Below, piece by piece: positions 21,088 to 31,304 of a stretch of DNA of 64,000 nucleotides. The stretch is from a bacterium. Lineage in GTDB: Bacteria; UBA8248. The notes under the pieces were generated by a model that saw only the letters and a program-made list of their open reading frames with translations, had not been told where the DNA came from and made no database searches. Each line of letters starts with the position of its first letter. Position 1 is the stretch's first letter. The stretch is taken from NCBI GenBank assembly GCA_965213625.1, contig CBDBZU010000004.1, positions 1,856,001-1,920,000 of the forward strand, in the 5' to 3' direction. A program made the position numbers and the translations under genes.

Positions 21088-22584
21088 ATGGTCACCGAAT
21101 CACCGCAGAAATCAGGCCGCAGTCAAGCCGTATCGTGGCTTAGGGACAACCGCGTCGTCCGTTCGATTTTCCGCCGCGGTTATCCGGACAACGATCTGGA
21201 TCGCGCGGCCGTCATGTTCTCGAATTTCTTCCTGCACGTCCTTCCCGCGCGAACGCACGTTCACAGCCTGAAACCCACCTATACCTGGGGACTCGGCATC
21301 ATCTCCCTGTTCCTCTTCGTGATCCTTCTGGGCACCGGCGCTTTGCTCATGTTCTTCTACGTCCCCTCGACCGAGCGCGCCTACAGCGACATGAAGGATC
21401 TGGAATTCGTCGTCTCCTACGGCGTCGTCCTGCGGAATCTCCATCGCTGGGCCGCTCACGCGATGGTCGCCGTCGTCTTCTTGCACATGTGCCGTGTGTT
21501 CTATACGGCCAGCTACAAGGCGCCCCGCGAGTTCAACTGGGTCATCGGGGTGCTCCTCTGGGGGGCGACCCTGATGATGAGCTTCACGGGCTACCTCCTC
21601 CCCTGGGATCAGCTCGCCTTTTGGGCCATCACCGTCGGGTCGAGCATCGCCAGCTACCCGCCCCTGGTTGGAGAATCCATCCGCACGCTGATGCTCGGGG
21701 GCGATACGGTGGGGCAGAACGCGCTGATCCGGTTCTACGTCATGCACGTCATGCTCCTGCCGGGCATCATGATGATACTCATGGGCGTCCATTTCTGGCG
21801 GATACGCAAAGACGGAGGCCTTTCCCGTCCACCCACGCCGCCCTCTGAGGCAGCCCGGGGCGAGACGGCGGCTTTTTCGCCGCACAAGACGTACATGCTC
21901 GTGGAACTGGCCGAGGGCAAGACGCCCACGGTGGATACGCAGGCCCCGGAAGAAGAGGTTATGAGCTGGCCTCACACGGTGTTCAGGATGCTGGTCGTCT
22001 TCGTGGGAGTCGTGGCCGTTCTCTCCGTTGTCGCCTACTTTTTCGATGCGCCCCTGGAAGAGCTGGCCAACCCGGACCATCCGCCAAATCCCGCCAAGGC
22101 GCCCTGGTACTTTCTCGGACTTCAGGAAATCGTGAGCTATTCCGCTCTGGCGGGAGGCGTCATCGTTCCCGCCGCCGCGATTATCGGCCTCATGAGCATT
22201 CCCTACATCGACCGCAACCCCGAGGGCCAGGGAAACTGGTTCACCTCGGGCCAGGGCCGGCGGATTACGCTCTGGTCGGTCCTGGTGATCATTCCGGTCG
22301 TCCTCGTCCTGACGTATCTGAACGAGCACTACGCGGTGCGGAAACTGGTTCCGGGCGCCTCGCAGATATGGGTCGACCTTTTGAATCCGGGGACTATACT
22401 GATCCTCCTCTTCGCGGTCGGTTCGCTCTACATCTGGCGGCGGACGGGGTCGAGCCGGATGGGGGCCCTGGCCCTCTATTCTTATTTTCTGACGTCTTAT
22501 CTGATTTACACGTTCATCGGGCTTTATTTCCGCGGCGCCAACTGGGCCTGGATATGGCCGTGGCAGGCGGCGGGTCTGCACTGA
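21088..22584 (+). CDS. cytochrome b (fused cyt b6-like + subunit IV-like)
   Basis: LHRW...LHM and MH-x14-HF haem ligands, [23 protein letters not shown] (PEWY-equivalent), extra C-terminal TM helices. Confidence 0.92.
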   Translation: MVTESPQKSGRSQAVSWLRDNRVVRSIFRRGYPDNDLDRAAVMFSNFFLHVLPARTHVHSLKPTYTWGLGIISLFLFVILLGTGALLMFFYVPSTERAYSDMKDLEFVVSYGVVLRNLHRWAAHAMVAVVFLHMCRVFYTASYKAPREFNWVIGVLLWGATLMMSFTGYLLPWDQLAFWAITVGSSIASYPPLVGESIRTLMLGGDTVGQNALIRFYVMHVMLLPGIMMILMGVHFWRIRKDGGLSRPPTPPSEAARGETAAFSPHKTYMLVELAEGKTPTVDTQAPEEEVMSWPHTVFRMLVVFVGVVAVLSVVAYFFDAPLEELANPDHPPNPAKAPWYFLGLQEIVSYSALAGGVIVPAAAIIGLMSIPYIDRNPEGQGNWFTSGQGRRITLWSVLVIIPVVLVLTYLNEHYAVRKLVPGASQIWVDLLNPGTILILLFAVGSLYIWRRTGSSRMGALALYSYFLTSYLIYTFIGLYFRGANWAWIWPWQAAGLH

Positions 22585-22596
22585 GGCGGATGACGG

Positions 22597-23409
22597 ATGG
22601 CGAATTCAAATCACAATGATTCCCATGTGCCGTTCGGGTGGGTGGTCGCCTTCGCCGCCCTGAGCGTGTGCGCGGCCCTGTTTTTTCTGCTCTCCGTCTG
22701 GAAGGACTATGACCGCGAATGGCGGGGCTACCAGCGGACGTTCCGCGAATTGCTCGTCGAAAGGGCCGGAACCGAAGAAGAGCGCAAATCAGTTCTGGCG
22801 AGCGGGGATCAGTTCGAGCAAATCATCGTGGCCAATGGCGAGCGCGTGGACAGGTGCGTCATGTGCCACCGGGGGGTCGAGCACCCGGCGTTCAAGGATG
22901 CCGACCAGCCTTTCGCCAGGCATCCCTCCATTCCGCTGCATCCCTTCGAGCAATTCGGCTGCACCGTGTGCCACCAGGGCCAGGGCAGGGCGACGACCGT
23001 TCAGGACGCCCACGGAGAAGTCCCGTTCTGGGAAGAGCCGCTGCTGCGGGGCGGGTTCATTCAGGCCAGCTGCGGTCCGTGCCACGCAGGCGCCCTGAAA
23101 GATGCCCCTCTCATCCAGAGGGGAAAGCTACTTTATCTGATGAACGGCTGTCTCGCCTGCCACAAAATCAGAGGCGCCGGCGGGGTCATCGGGCCTGACC
23201 TCACGTTTGCGGGCGAACGCCGGAAGGACCCGAAGTGGCACATCGAACACTTCAAGTTTCCGCAAAAGGTTTCTCCCGGCTCCGCCATGCCCGCCTACGG
23301 CCATTTGAAGCCGGAGGATCTCGAAGCGCTGACGGTCTACATGCTGAGCCTCCGCAGGGCGCCTTCCGCCCTGGCGCTGGCTGCTCCCATAACTCCCAAA
23401 AAGAAATAG
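22597..23409 (+). CDS. membrane-anchored tetrahaem cytochrome c
   Basis: N-terminal TM; CVMCH, CTVCH, CGPCH, CLACH; GPDLT, SPGSAMP. Confidence 0.9.
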   Translation: MANSNHNDSHVPFGWVVAFAALSVCAALFFLLSVWKDYDREWRGYQRTFRELLVERAGTEEERKSVLASGDQFEQIIVANGERVDRCVMCHRGVEHPAFKDADQPFARHPSIPLHPFEQFGCTVCHQGQGRATTVQDAHGEVPFWEEPLLRGGFIQASCGPCHAGALKDAPLIQRGKLLYLMNGCLACHKIRGAGGVIGPDLTFAGERRKDPKWHIEHFKFPQKVSPGSAMPAYGHLKPEDLEALTVYMLSLRRAPSALALAAPITPKKK

Positions 23410-23433
23410 AAGCGGCATCGCTTTCGGGAACGC

Positions 23434-23484
23434 AATTTATCGAAAAACCTCGTAAATTTATCTGAATTTATCGAATTTTTCAGA
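23434..23484 (+). repeat. AT-rich AATTTATC repeats, copy A
   Basis: AATTTATC at 23434, 23455 and 23465, AATTTTTC at 23474; 23465-23484 matches 62062-62081 at 19/20. Confidence 0.6.
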
Positions 23485-23745
23485 TTTAATCCGACCGAAG
23501 AGGGAGGATGAAACCCGTCCCGATCGAGCCCGGGAACTGCCCCGCCATATCCGAGCCGCCGTTGCGGCGCGCACCGCTGCCGGGAACGCCTCGGTTGATG
23601 AGGCGAATCCCCGGCGATTGGCTCTCAAAGGCCTTAGTTTTTGCGAGAGAACGCTAAAAATGTTACTAATGTATTCAATCTGACATTTTGTTTGCCCCTT
23701 GATAAGGGCATCTTTCTTTTTATAACGAGGTAGGGATTCGATTTC

Positions 23746-24714
23746 ATGAATGATGCACGGGATTTTCATTTCGGCTATCTGCTGCCAACGCGCGGCGTCG
23801 TCGTGGCGGCGGGAGGCGAAGCGCCGGACACCGACCCCATATTTTCTCTCGCGAAAAAGGCCGAGAACCTCGGCCTCGACTCCGTGTGGCTCGGCGACAG
23901 TGTGCTGGCCAAACCGCGCATGGAGAGCTTCACCACCTGGGCGGCGGTTCTCGCCTCGACCGAGCGCGTTCAGGTCGGTACGGCGGTGATGCTTGCGGCG
24001 CTCAGGCATCCGGTCATGCTCGCCCAATCGATGAGCACGCTCGACTGCATGTTCCCCGGGCGCGTCCTTCCCGGTCTGGGCGTGGGGCGAACGGACTTGA
24101 AGTTCGAGTTCGAGACCATTGGCGTGCCGATCAACGAGCGCGCGCGCCGCTTCTCCGAGACGGTGGAGATACTCAAGCTCCTCATGCGCGAATCACAGGC
24201 GAACTATGCGGGCAGGCATTTCTCCTTCGAGGGCGTAGCGCTCGAGCCGAGGCCCAAAACCCCCGGCGGCCCTCCGGTCTGGCTTTCGAGCAATCTGGTG
24301 GAATCAGGCCTGAAGCGCGTAGCGCGCTTCGCCGACGGCTGGATCACGAACTCCATCACGGCGGATCTCTATCGCCAGTGCTGGGAGAAGATACTCGCGT
24401 ATTCCGATGAGTTCGGCAGAACCGAAGAAGTGGAAAAGATTCCCCAGTGCCTCTACGTGACGATGAACATCAATCCCGATGGAGCGAAGGCGGAAGCCCA
24501 GTGCGGTGAATTTCTCTCGAAGTACTACCACAAAACCTTCGATGAGGTGCGCAAGCAACTCCTTGTCCTTGCCGGGGATGGGGACCGCGTGGAGGAAGAT
24601 CTCAGATCGTATGCTGCGGAGGGAGCGCGCGTCTTCGTCGTTCGCTTCGCGGGCGGCGTCCAGGAAGAGCAACTTGAGAATTTCGTCTCCGAACTCTTGC
24701 CGAGGTTCAAGTAG
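23746..24714 (+). CDS. LLM-class (luciferase-like) flavin/F420-dependent oxidoreductase
   Basis: FGYLLPTRG, DSVWLGDS, GTAV, GRVLPGLGVG, PPVWL, ADGWI. Confidence 0.88.
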   Translation: MNDARDFHFGYLLPTRGVVVAAGGEAPDTDPIFSLAKKAENLGLDSVWLGDSVLAKPRMESFTTWAAVLASTERVQVGTAVMLAALRHPVMLAQSMSTLDCMFPGRVLPGLGVGRTDLKFEFETIGVPINERARRFSETVEILKLLMRESQANYAGRHFSFEGVALEPRPKTPGGPPVWLSSNLVESGLKRVARFADGWITNSITADLYRQCWEKILAYSDEFGRTEEVEKIPQCLYVTMNINPDGAKAEAQCGEFLSKYYHKTFDEVRKQLLVLAGDGDRVEEDLRSYAAEGARVFVVRFAGGVQEEQLENFVSELLPRFK

Positions 24715-25899
24715 ATGGTCCTGGAGAATGGAACGGGAGCCTCCAAAGAAGAGATTAAGGGGAGGATATCGGATGCGCGCGGCCTCATGCGCAAGGGGGG
24801 TCTCGACGTTCTCCTCGTCATCGGGCGCTCTTTTTACGACCGCATGGGGAGCCTGACCTATCTCACGAATCATTTTCCGCCGTTTCCGCCGGGGGCGTTC
24901 AGCGATACGGTTCGCGGCATGGGCCACGGGGTGCTCGTCCTGCCGATTGAGGATGAGCCGCTGCTCTTCGTGGATCACAGGAACTATCGCGCAGAGATGG
25001 TGCACGTCGAAAACGTCCAGGTGGAGGCGAACATCTCCGCGGGCCTGGTGAATCAACTGGGGCGCTTGGGAGCCGGGAGCGCGCGGGTGGGCATCGCCGG
25101 TGAGGACATCATGCCGGCGACGATGTACATCGACCTTACTTCCGCGCTGCCAGAGGCGCACTTCTCGAACGCGAACGCCCTGGTGGAGCAGCTTCGCGCG
25201 AGGAAGAGCGAAACCGAGGTCGCCTACTTGAAGTGTGCGGCGGATATCGTCGAGGCGGGCTACTCCGCTATTTTCGACGCGGTTCGCCCCGGCGTGAGCG
25301 AGAGCGACTTGTGCGCCGAGGGCCACGCGGCGGGGATGCGCGCGGGGGCTGATTTCGTGCGCTACGTCCGCGTTCACAGCGGCCCGTGGGCGAGCTGGGG
25401 TTCGCGCTGGCCGCAGGCGACGCAGAGGAAACTGGAGGCGGGCGATTTGATCCGCTTCGACTACGTGGGCGCGGTGGAGGGCTACGGGTTCGACGTCAAC
25501 CGCACCGCCGTGGTTCCCGGAAAGAAACTGGAGAAAGACGTCGAGGAGATGCTGGAGTTGACCGTCGCGACCTCGGAGGCGGCGATGGGCGCAGTCCGCG
25601 CGGGCGCAAAGGCTTTAGACGTTCATGAGGCGGCGAGTCGGTTCCTGGATGATAACGCGAACGGGGCGGGGCAGCACCTCTTCCCGATGGCGGGGCACGG
25701 CATCGGTCTTGAAACCGTGGAGGCGCCCATCATCAGGCCGGACAACGAGATGATTCTCGAGCGCAATATGGTGCTCTGCGTGGAGCCGCAGTTCGTGCTG
25801 CCCGAGGTGGGGGGTACGAACATCGAGCAGATGGTGCTCGTTGAGGAAGATGGATGCGAACTTCTCACGACGACCACCACGCGCCCTTGGGCGGAGTGA
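24715..25899 (+). CDS. M24 family (Xaa-Pro peptidase/creatinase-like) hydrolase
   Basis: LRARKSETE, FD..D (DVNRT), GHGIGLE, CVEP, NIEQ metal ligands. Confidence 0.88.
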   Translation: MVLENGTGASKEEIKGRISDARGLMRKGGLDVLLVIGRSFYDRMGSLTYLTNHFPPFPPGAFSDTVRGMGHGVLVLPIEDEPLLFVDHRNYRAEMVHVENVQVEANISAGLVNQLGRLGAGSARVGIAGEDIMPATMYIDLTSALPEAHFSNANALVEQLRARKSETEVAYLKCAADIVEAGYSAIFDAVRPGVSESDLCAEGHAAGMRAGADFVRYVRVHSGPWASWGSRWPQATQRKLEAGDLIRFDYVGAVEGYGFDVNRTAVVPGKKLEKDVEEMLELTVATSEAAMGAVRAGAKALDVHEAASRFLDDNANGAGQHLFPMAGHGIGLETVEAPIIRPDNEMILERNMVLCVEPQFVLPEVGGTNIEQMVLVEEDGCELLTTTTTRPWAE

Positions 25900-26048
25900 G
25901 TCAGGCGCCGCATGGCAGGGTATGAAAGCGCCGCGTAAGCGAGAATGAAATTCATGCGTGTAATGCGCTCGTAATTTTCGTGTGAGACGCTTCCTGATGC
26001 GTCTGGCGTTTGTTCGCGAAAACGCATCACCAAGGGGACGGAATTTCG

Positions 26049-27923
26049 ATGAAGCGATTCTTGAACCCGGTTGCGCTGCTGGCCATCGTCTGGTCCGTCA
26101 TCCAGCTGTACTGGGCCTTTTTCGGGATGCTTCACGTCTTCACCTCCAGGCCGCTCCACCTGAGTTTCGCGCTGGGCATCGTCTTTCTCACCAAACCTTT
26201 CCGCAAGGAAGGCCGCGTAGGCCCAGTCGATTACGTTCTGACCGTCATCGCCATGTCCATCGCGGTGCTCTATCTGTATGAGTGGAACTTCCTGAACGAG
26301 CGCATCCGCGACGTGGATGAGGTCCCCACGCGCTATATCTACTTAGGTCTCGCCTACATCCTCCTGACCGTCGAGGCCTCGCGTCGTTATCTCGGCTGGG
26401 GCGTCACCTCGGTGGCCGTCGTGGCGCTGGTCTATAATTTCCTGGGCCACCTGATACCGGGCGCCCTGGGACACCGCTTCATCCTGTTGACCGAGTTCAT
26501 CGAGTTCCAGATCCTGGGTGTCGAGGGTTTGCTGGGCGTTCCGCTGGGCGTGAGCGCGGAGGTGGTGTTCTATTTCGTGCTCTTCTCGGCGGCGCTTGAG
26601 GTCTCGGGCGGTGGGCGTATGTTCATCGATCTGGCCATACGGCTCACCGGTGCGTTCCGCGGCGGTCCGGCCAAGGCGGCAATCGTGAGCAGCAGCCTCA
26701 TGGGAACCATCAGCGGGAGCGCGACGGCGAACGTCGTGGGTACCGGCATCTTCACCATCCCGCTCATGAAGCGCCTGGGCTTCGCCCCACATTACGCGGG
26801 CGCGGTGGAAGCGGTGGCTTCCACGGGCGGGCAGCTCATGCCGCCCATCATGGGCGCCGGGGCCTTCATCCTGGCCGACATGACGGGCACCCCATATCTG
26901 AGAGTGGCGGGCGCGGCGGCCATTCCGGCCATCATCTACTACGTCTCGCTGTTCTTCATGGTCGACCTCGAGGCGAAGAAGCTGAACTTGAAGGGATTGA
27001 GCAAAGAAGAGATGCCGGAACTCAAGAGCATCCTCATGGAACGCGGCCTTCTGCTCTTCCCGATCATCCTGCTCCTGGGCTACATGATCGCCGGCTTCAC
27101 TTTGATGTGGTCGGCCACCTCGGCGGCCATAGGCGTGGTGGTGCTCAGTTGGGTGCGCAAGTCGACCCGCATGGGACCCGAGAAGATAATCGAGGCGCTC
27201 GAGAAGGCCGGTCGCATGACGGTCCCCGTCGCGGTTCCCTGCGCCATCGCGGGCGTCGTGGTCGGCGTGGTGGACGATACGGGCATCGGCCTTAAATTCT
27301 CGGGCCTCATCGTTAACATCTCGGGCGGTATGATCCTGCCCGCGCTGGGGCTGACTCTTATCGGCTGCGTCATCATGGGCATGGGAATGCCGACTGCCGC
27401 CGCCTACATCATGGCGGGCACGCTTCTGGGGCCTGCGCTCTTCAAGCTCGGCCTCCCCGTTCTGGCGGCGCATATGTTCATCTACTATTTCGCCATTCTC
27501 TCGATGCTGACGCCGCCGGTGGCGCTCTCGGCCTATGTCGCATCGGGCGTGGCCGACTCTGATCTGACCGCCACGGGCTGGAAGGCGTTTCAGCTCTCTT
27601 TGGCGGGATTTCTCATTCCCTTTGTGTTCGTATATAATCCTTCCATGCTTTTCATCGGTCCGCTCGGCGAGACGCTCTGGGTGTCGCTCACCTGCATTAT
27701 CGGTGTAGCGGCCCTGGCGGCGGCGATCACCGGGCACATATCGATCCCCTTGGCGGCTTGGGAACGGGCGGTTTTCTTTATCTGTTGCCTGGGGCTGATC
27801 GTTCCCGAGAAGTTGACGGACGTCATCGGCTCCGTTTTGCTGGTCATAGTTTTCTGGCGTCATCTGACGCGCGCAAAGAAAAGCGCACTCGACATGAGTT
27901 CGGCGGATCCGGCTTCATCGTAA
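26049..27923 (+). CDS. TRAP transporter fused 4TM/12TM permease (TAXI type)
   Basis: RGGPAKAAI, GTISGSATANVVGTG, ASTGGQLMPPIMGAGAF, GMGMPT.AAY, TPPVA. Confidence 0.93.
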   Translation: MKRFLNPVALLAIVWSVIQLYWAFFGMLHVFTSRPLHLSFALGIVFLTKPFRKEGRVGPVDYVLTVIAMSIAVLYLYEWNFLNERIRDVDEVPTRYIYLGLAYILLTVEASRRYLGWGVTSVAVVALVYNFLGHLIPGALGHRFILLTEFIEFQILGVEGLLGVPLGVSAEVVFYFVLFSAALEVSGGGRMFIDLAIRLTGAFRGGPAKAAIVSSSLMGTISGSATANVVGTGIFTIPLMKRLGFAPHYAGAVEAVASTGGQLMPPIMGAGAFILADMTGTPYLRVAGAAAIPAIIYYVSLFFMVDLEAKKLNLKGLSKEEMPELKSILMERGLLLFPIILLLGYMIAGFTLMWSATSAAIGVVVLSWVRKSTRMGPEKIIEALEKAGRMTVPVAVPCAIAGVVVGVVDDTGIGLKFSGLIVNISGGMILPALGLTLIGCVIMGMGMPTAAAYIMAGTLLGPALFKLGLPVLAAHMFIYYFAILSMLTPPVALSAYVASGVADSDLTATGWKAFQLSLAGFLIPFVFVYNPSMLFIGPLGETLWVSLTCIIGVAALAAAITGHISIPLAAWERAVFFICCLGLIVPEKLTDVIGSVLLVIVFWRHLTRAKKSALDMSSADPASS

Positions 27924-27978
27924 ACAACGCAATATAAACGGAACTATTCGTGGCATTTCCAACAGAGGAGTTTTCAAA

Positions 27979-28953
27979 ATGAAGCGCACATCCTGGAAAA
28001 TGGTTTTCGTTCTTGCGGTGGCCATCGGCGCATTCGTGGCCGTTCAGGCCGAGGCGGCCCGCCTCACGATGGGCAGCTGGAAAAAAGGCAGCGGCTGGCA
28101 CGTGTATTCGGCCACCATGGCGAACATCGTGAACAACGCGAAAGTGGGCGTTCAGATCGACGCCCTCTCCAAAGGCGGCGGCGTGGGTAACCCCAAGCTC
28201 GTCGGCACCGGCAAGTTCAACATGGGGCTCACCTTCAGCGTGGCGGCGGCCTGGGCGTATCAGGGCAAGGTGGCCTACAAGAAGCCCTACAAGAACCTGC
28301 GCGGGCTAGTAGGCGGCCTGGATCAGTACTACCTGGGCATCGTTACCACGAACCCCAAGGTGAACGGCATCCTGGACTTGAAGAAAGTGCCCGTGAACTA
28401 CGTGACGGTTCCGCGCGGCGGGCTGGGCCAGTGGGCCACGCGCGCCATGCTCGGAGCGCACGGCATCACATATGAGGGCATCAAGAAGATGGGCGGTTCG
28501 GCCACGCACACCGGCTTCGGCGCCATCAAGAGCCGGATGAAGGACGGCCAGGCCGACATGCTGAGCCACACCGTGAACGCGGGCCACCCGGCGCTCACCT
28601 CGATCGCTGTTCAGAAAAAGCTGAAATTCTTAGGCATCGCCGATGAGTTCCGCAACAAGCTCTTGGGTATCGGCTTCCTGAAAGCCACCATGCCGGCCAA
28701 CACCTTCCCGGGGCAGAAGGAGCCCAAGAAAACGTTCGGCTTCACCACGGCGGTCCTCGCTTCCACGGCGCTCAGCAACAAGGATGCGTACAATATCGTG
28801 AAGGCGCTGCTCGATAACGTGAAGGATCTGCGGGCGGGGCATAAGGGCCTCAGGGGCTTCGACCCGGCCAAGACGGGCTGTAAGGAAGCGCAGATGGGTA
28901 TTCCGTTCCACGATGGCGCGGCCCGCTACTGCAAGGAGAAGGGCTGGAATTAG
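27979..28953 (+). CDS. TAXI family TRAP substrate-binding protein
   Basis: Signal peptide, GS..GSGW, GG..N, C-terminal IPFHDGAARY.KEKG. Confidence 0.9.
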   Translation: MKRTSWKMVFVLAVAIGAFVAVQAEAARLTMGSWKKGSGWHVYSATMANIVNNAKVGVQIDALSKGGGVGNPKLVGTGKFNMGLTFSVAAAWAYQGKVAYKKPYKNLRGLVGGLDQYYLGIVTTNPKVNGILDLKKVPVNYVTVPRGGLGQWATRAMLGAHGITYEGIKKMGGSATHTGFGAIKSRMKDGQADMLSHTVNAGHPALTSIAVQKKLKFLGIADEFRNKLLGIGFLKATMPANTFPGQKEPKKTFGFTTAVLASTALSNKDAYNIVKALLDNVKDLRAGHKGLRGFDPAKTGCKEAQMGIPFHDGAARYCKEKGWN

Positions 28954-29111
28954 TTGAGCATCCAGGGGGCGGAAGAGTTCCGCCGCCTGAAATAGCAAGC
29001 AAGAAATAGAATCGAAACTGGTTGATGAAGGATTCACTCCCGCCGTCCGTCTTTGATGGGCGGCGGGAGCCTTCCATTTCAGAATTTATTTACTCCTGTA
29101 GGGGGAAAGCC

Positions 29112-29903
29112 ATGCCGTACCGCTTCGTCGATCTCTCGCTCACCGTCGACCCGGAGGACACCTACGTCCAGTTTCCGCGCGATGAGATTTACGACAAGCC
29201 GGCTCCGGGCACGACCATCACCCCCATCGCAACGCTGGACGTGGACCACATCTGCAACTTCGGTTTCACCACCACCACGCAGAGCTACACGCACTACGAC
29301 GCGCCCTATCACTTCTTTCACGACGGTCTGAAGAACGACGAGTTGCCGCTCGATCACGTATGCGGCGACGCCTGCGTGCTCAAGGTGCCGGGTAAGGGCA
29401 ACTCCGAGTCCGTGACGGCGGAAGATCTCGAAGCCACGGGTGTGGAAGTGCGCCCCGGCGACATCGCCATCGTCAGCACCGAATGGACCGACCGCATGTG
29501 GGGCTCGCGTGATTTCTGGGAGAACATGGTCTATCTCTCGACCGACGCGGCCGATTGGCTCATCGACAAGGGGATCAAGGCGCTCGTCCAGGATTTCATG
29601 ACGTGCGACTCGCCGCTTTATCCCCCCGAGGAGCGCAAGTGGCCCGCACCGAACTGGAGCCCCAACCACATCAAGTTCCTGGAGCGCGGGATATGCCTCA
29701 TCGAGTGGTGCACGAACATGGGCGCCATCCAGAAAGAGCGCGTCCTGCTCGTTACGGGCGCGGTGAAACTCAAGGACACCGAGGGCGCCCCCGCGCGCGT
29801 CATCGCCATCGAGTTCTGGGACGAGGAGCCGCCACGCGACGGCGCTCCTCCCCTGCCGCCGATTGAGAATCCCTATACGGATCGCGGCTCCTGGGCCAAA
29901 TAA
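29112..29903 (+). CDS. cyclase family (kynurenine formamidase-like) metal hydrolase
   Basis: FVDLS, THYDAPYH, H..FL..GI..IE, GAPARVIA. Confidence 0.85.
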   Translation: MPYRFVDLSLTVDPEDTYVQFPRDEIYDKPAPGTTITPIATLDVDHICNFGFTTTTQSYTHYDAPYHFFHDGLKNDELPLDHVCGDACVLKVPGKGNSESVTAEDLEATGVEVRPGDIAIVSTEWTDRMWGSRDFWENMVYLSTDAADWLIDKGIKALVQDFMTCDSPLYPPEERKWPAPNWSPNHIKFLERGICLIEWCTNMGAIQKERVLLVTGAVKLKDTEGAPARVIAIEFWDEEPPRDGAPPLPPIENPYTDRGSWAK

Positions 29904-29913
29904 GGCGCGCGAT

Positions 29914-31296
29914 ATGGTCGATCAAAGCCTGCGCGGCTTCCTGGAGATGGTGGAGAAAGACCACCCCGAAGAACTCGTGCGCATCGCAGAACCCGTTGGC
30001 AGGGAGGACATCACGCCCACTGTGTTCGAGTTCGAGCGAGCGGGCAGATACCCCGTCATCATCTTCGAGCGCGTGGAGGGTTTCGAGGGTTCGGTCGTAA
30101 CCAACATCGCGGGCAACCGGAATCTGCTCGCGGCGTGTCTCGACGTGGAGCCGGGCGACTTGCCGACGGCGTATAAGGATCGCTGCCAGAATTATCTCCC
30201 CGTGGAGGTGGTGGATGACGCCCCCTGGCGTGAAGTCGTAATCGAAGAAGACGACGTAGACCTGAACGAACTGCCCATCCCATTTCATTTTCCCGTGGAT
30301 GCGGCTCCCTACATCACGGCGGGCCAGATCGTGGCGCGTGACCCCGAGACGGGTGTCGACACGACGGGTTTTCACCGCTTACAGCTCAAGGGAAAGAACA
30401 GGCTGGGCGTTTCCCTGCATTCGCGCCGGCGGATGTACCACTTCCATAAAAAGGCGGAAGATGCGGGCGATCCTCTACCGGCGGCTGTCGTCATCGGAAT
30501 CCACCCGGTCCACTACATGGGTTCGATGGCGTATCACTACCCGCCGGGGGTGCGGAAGTACGAGATTATCGGTGCCTTGTTCGGCGAGCCGTATCGCGTC
30601 GCCAGGTGCGGCACGGCGGACCTCGAAGCCCCCGAGGGCGCGGAGATCGTTCTGGAAGGGGAGATTCTGGCCGAGGTGCGCGAACCGGAAGGCCCATTCG
30701 GCGAGTTCACCGGCTATGCGTCCTACCGCAGCACGCAGAACGTGTTTGTCGTCAAGCGCGTACAGATGCGGAGCGACGCCATGCTCCACAGCGTGGCCTC
30801 GGGCATGTCGGCGGATCACATCCTCATCTCATGCGTGAGCCGCGAGGCGGAAATCCTGAACACGCTCAGACGCAACCTGCCGGGCGTATCCGCCGTGCAC
30901 GTGCCCTCGAACACGGCGGGCGCGCTGCTCGCCATCGTCCAAATGAACAAGACGGCCGAGGGCCAGCCGCAGCAGGCCATCATGGCGGCGCTCGGCACCG
31001 AGTTTTATTGCAAGTGCGTGGTCGTGGTCGATGAGGACGTGGACATCTTCAATCTCTCCGACGTCGCCTGGGCGGTCATCACGAGGACGCGCGCGGACAA
31101 GGACATCAACTTCATCCACGGGGCGATGGGCGCCATTCTGGACCCGACTTCGGACCCCGAGACTCACACCCTCACGAAAGTGGGCATCGACGCTACCAAG
31201 CCGGCAGGACGCGACTTCGCGGAACGGCTCCATATTCCCGACGCGCAGCGAGAGCGCGTGCGCGGAATCCTCGCGAGCGCTGGCATTCACCTTTAG
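29914..31296 (+). CDS. UbiD family prFMN-dependent (de)carboxylase
   Basis: D.APYITAG, GFHRLQ, EIVLEG, EPEGPFGEFTGY, VVVDEDVD, KVGIDAT. Confidence 0.93.
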   Translation: MVDQSLRGFLEMVEKDHPEELVRIAEPVGREDITPTVFEFERAGRYPVIIFERVEGFEGSVVTNIAGNRNLLAACLDVEPGDLPTAYKDRCQNYLPVEVVDDAPWREVVIEEDDVDLNELPIPFHFPVDAAPYITAGQIVARDPETGVDTTGFHRLQLKGKNRLGVSLHSRRRMYHFHKKAEDAGDPLPAAVVIGIHPVHYMGSMAYHYPPGVRKYEIIGALFGEPYRVARCGTADLEAPEGAEIVLEGEILAEVREPEGPFGEFTGYASYRSTQNVFVVKRVQMRSDAMLHSVASGMSADHILISCVSREAEILNTLRRNLPGVSAVHVPSNTAGALLAIVQMNKTAEGQPQQAIMAALGTEFYCKCVVVVDEDVDIFNLSDVAWAVITRTRADKDINFIHGAMGAILDPTSDPETHTLTKVGIDATKPAGRDFAERLHIPDAQRERVRGILASAGIHL

Positions 31297-31304
31297 GCCA
31301 AAAA

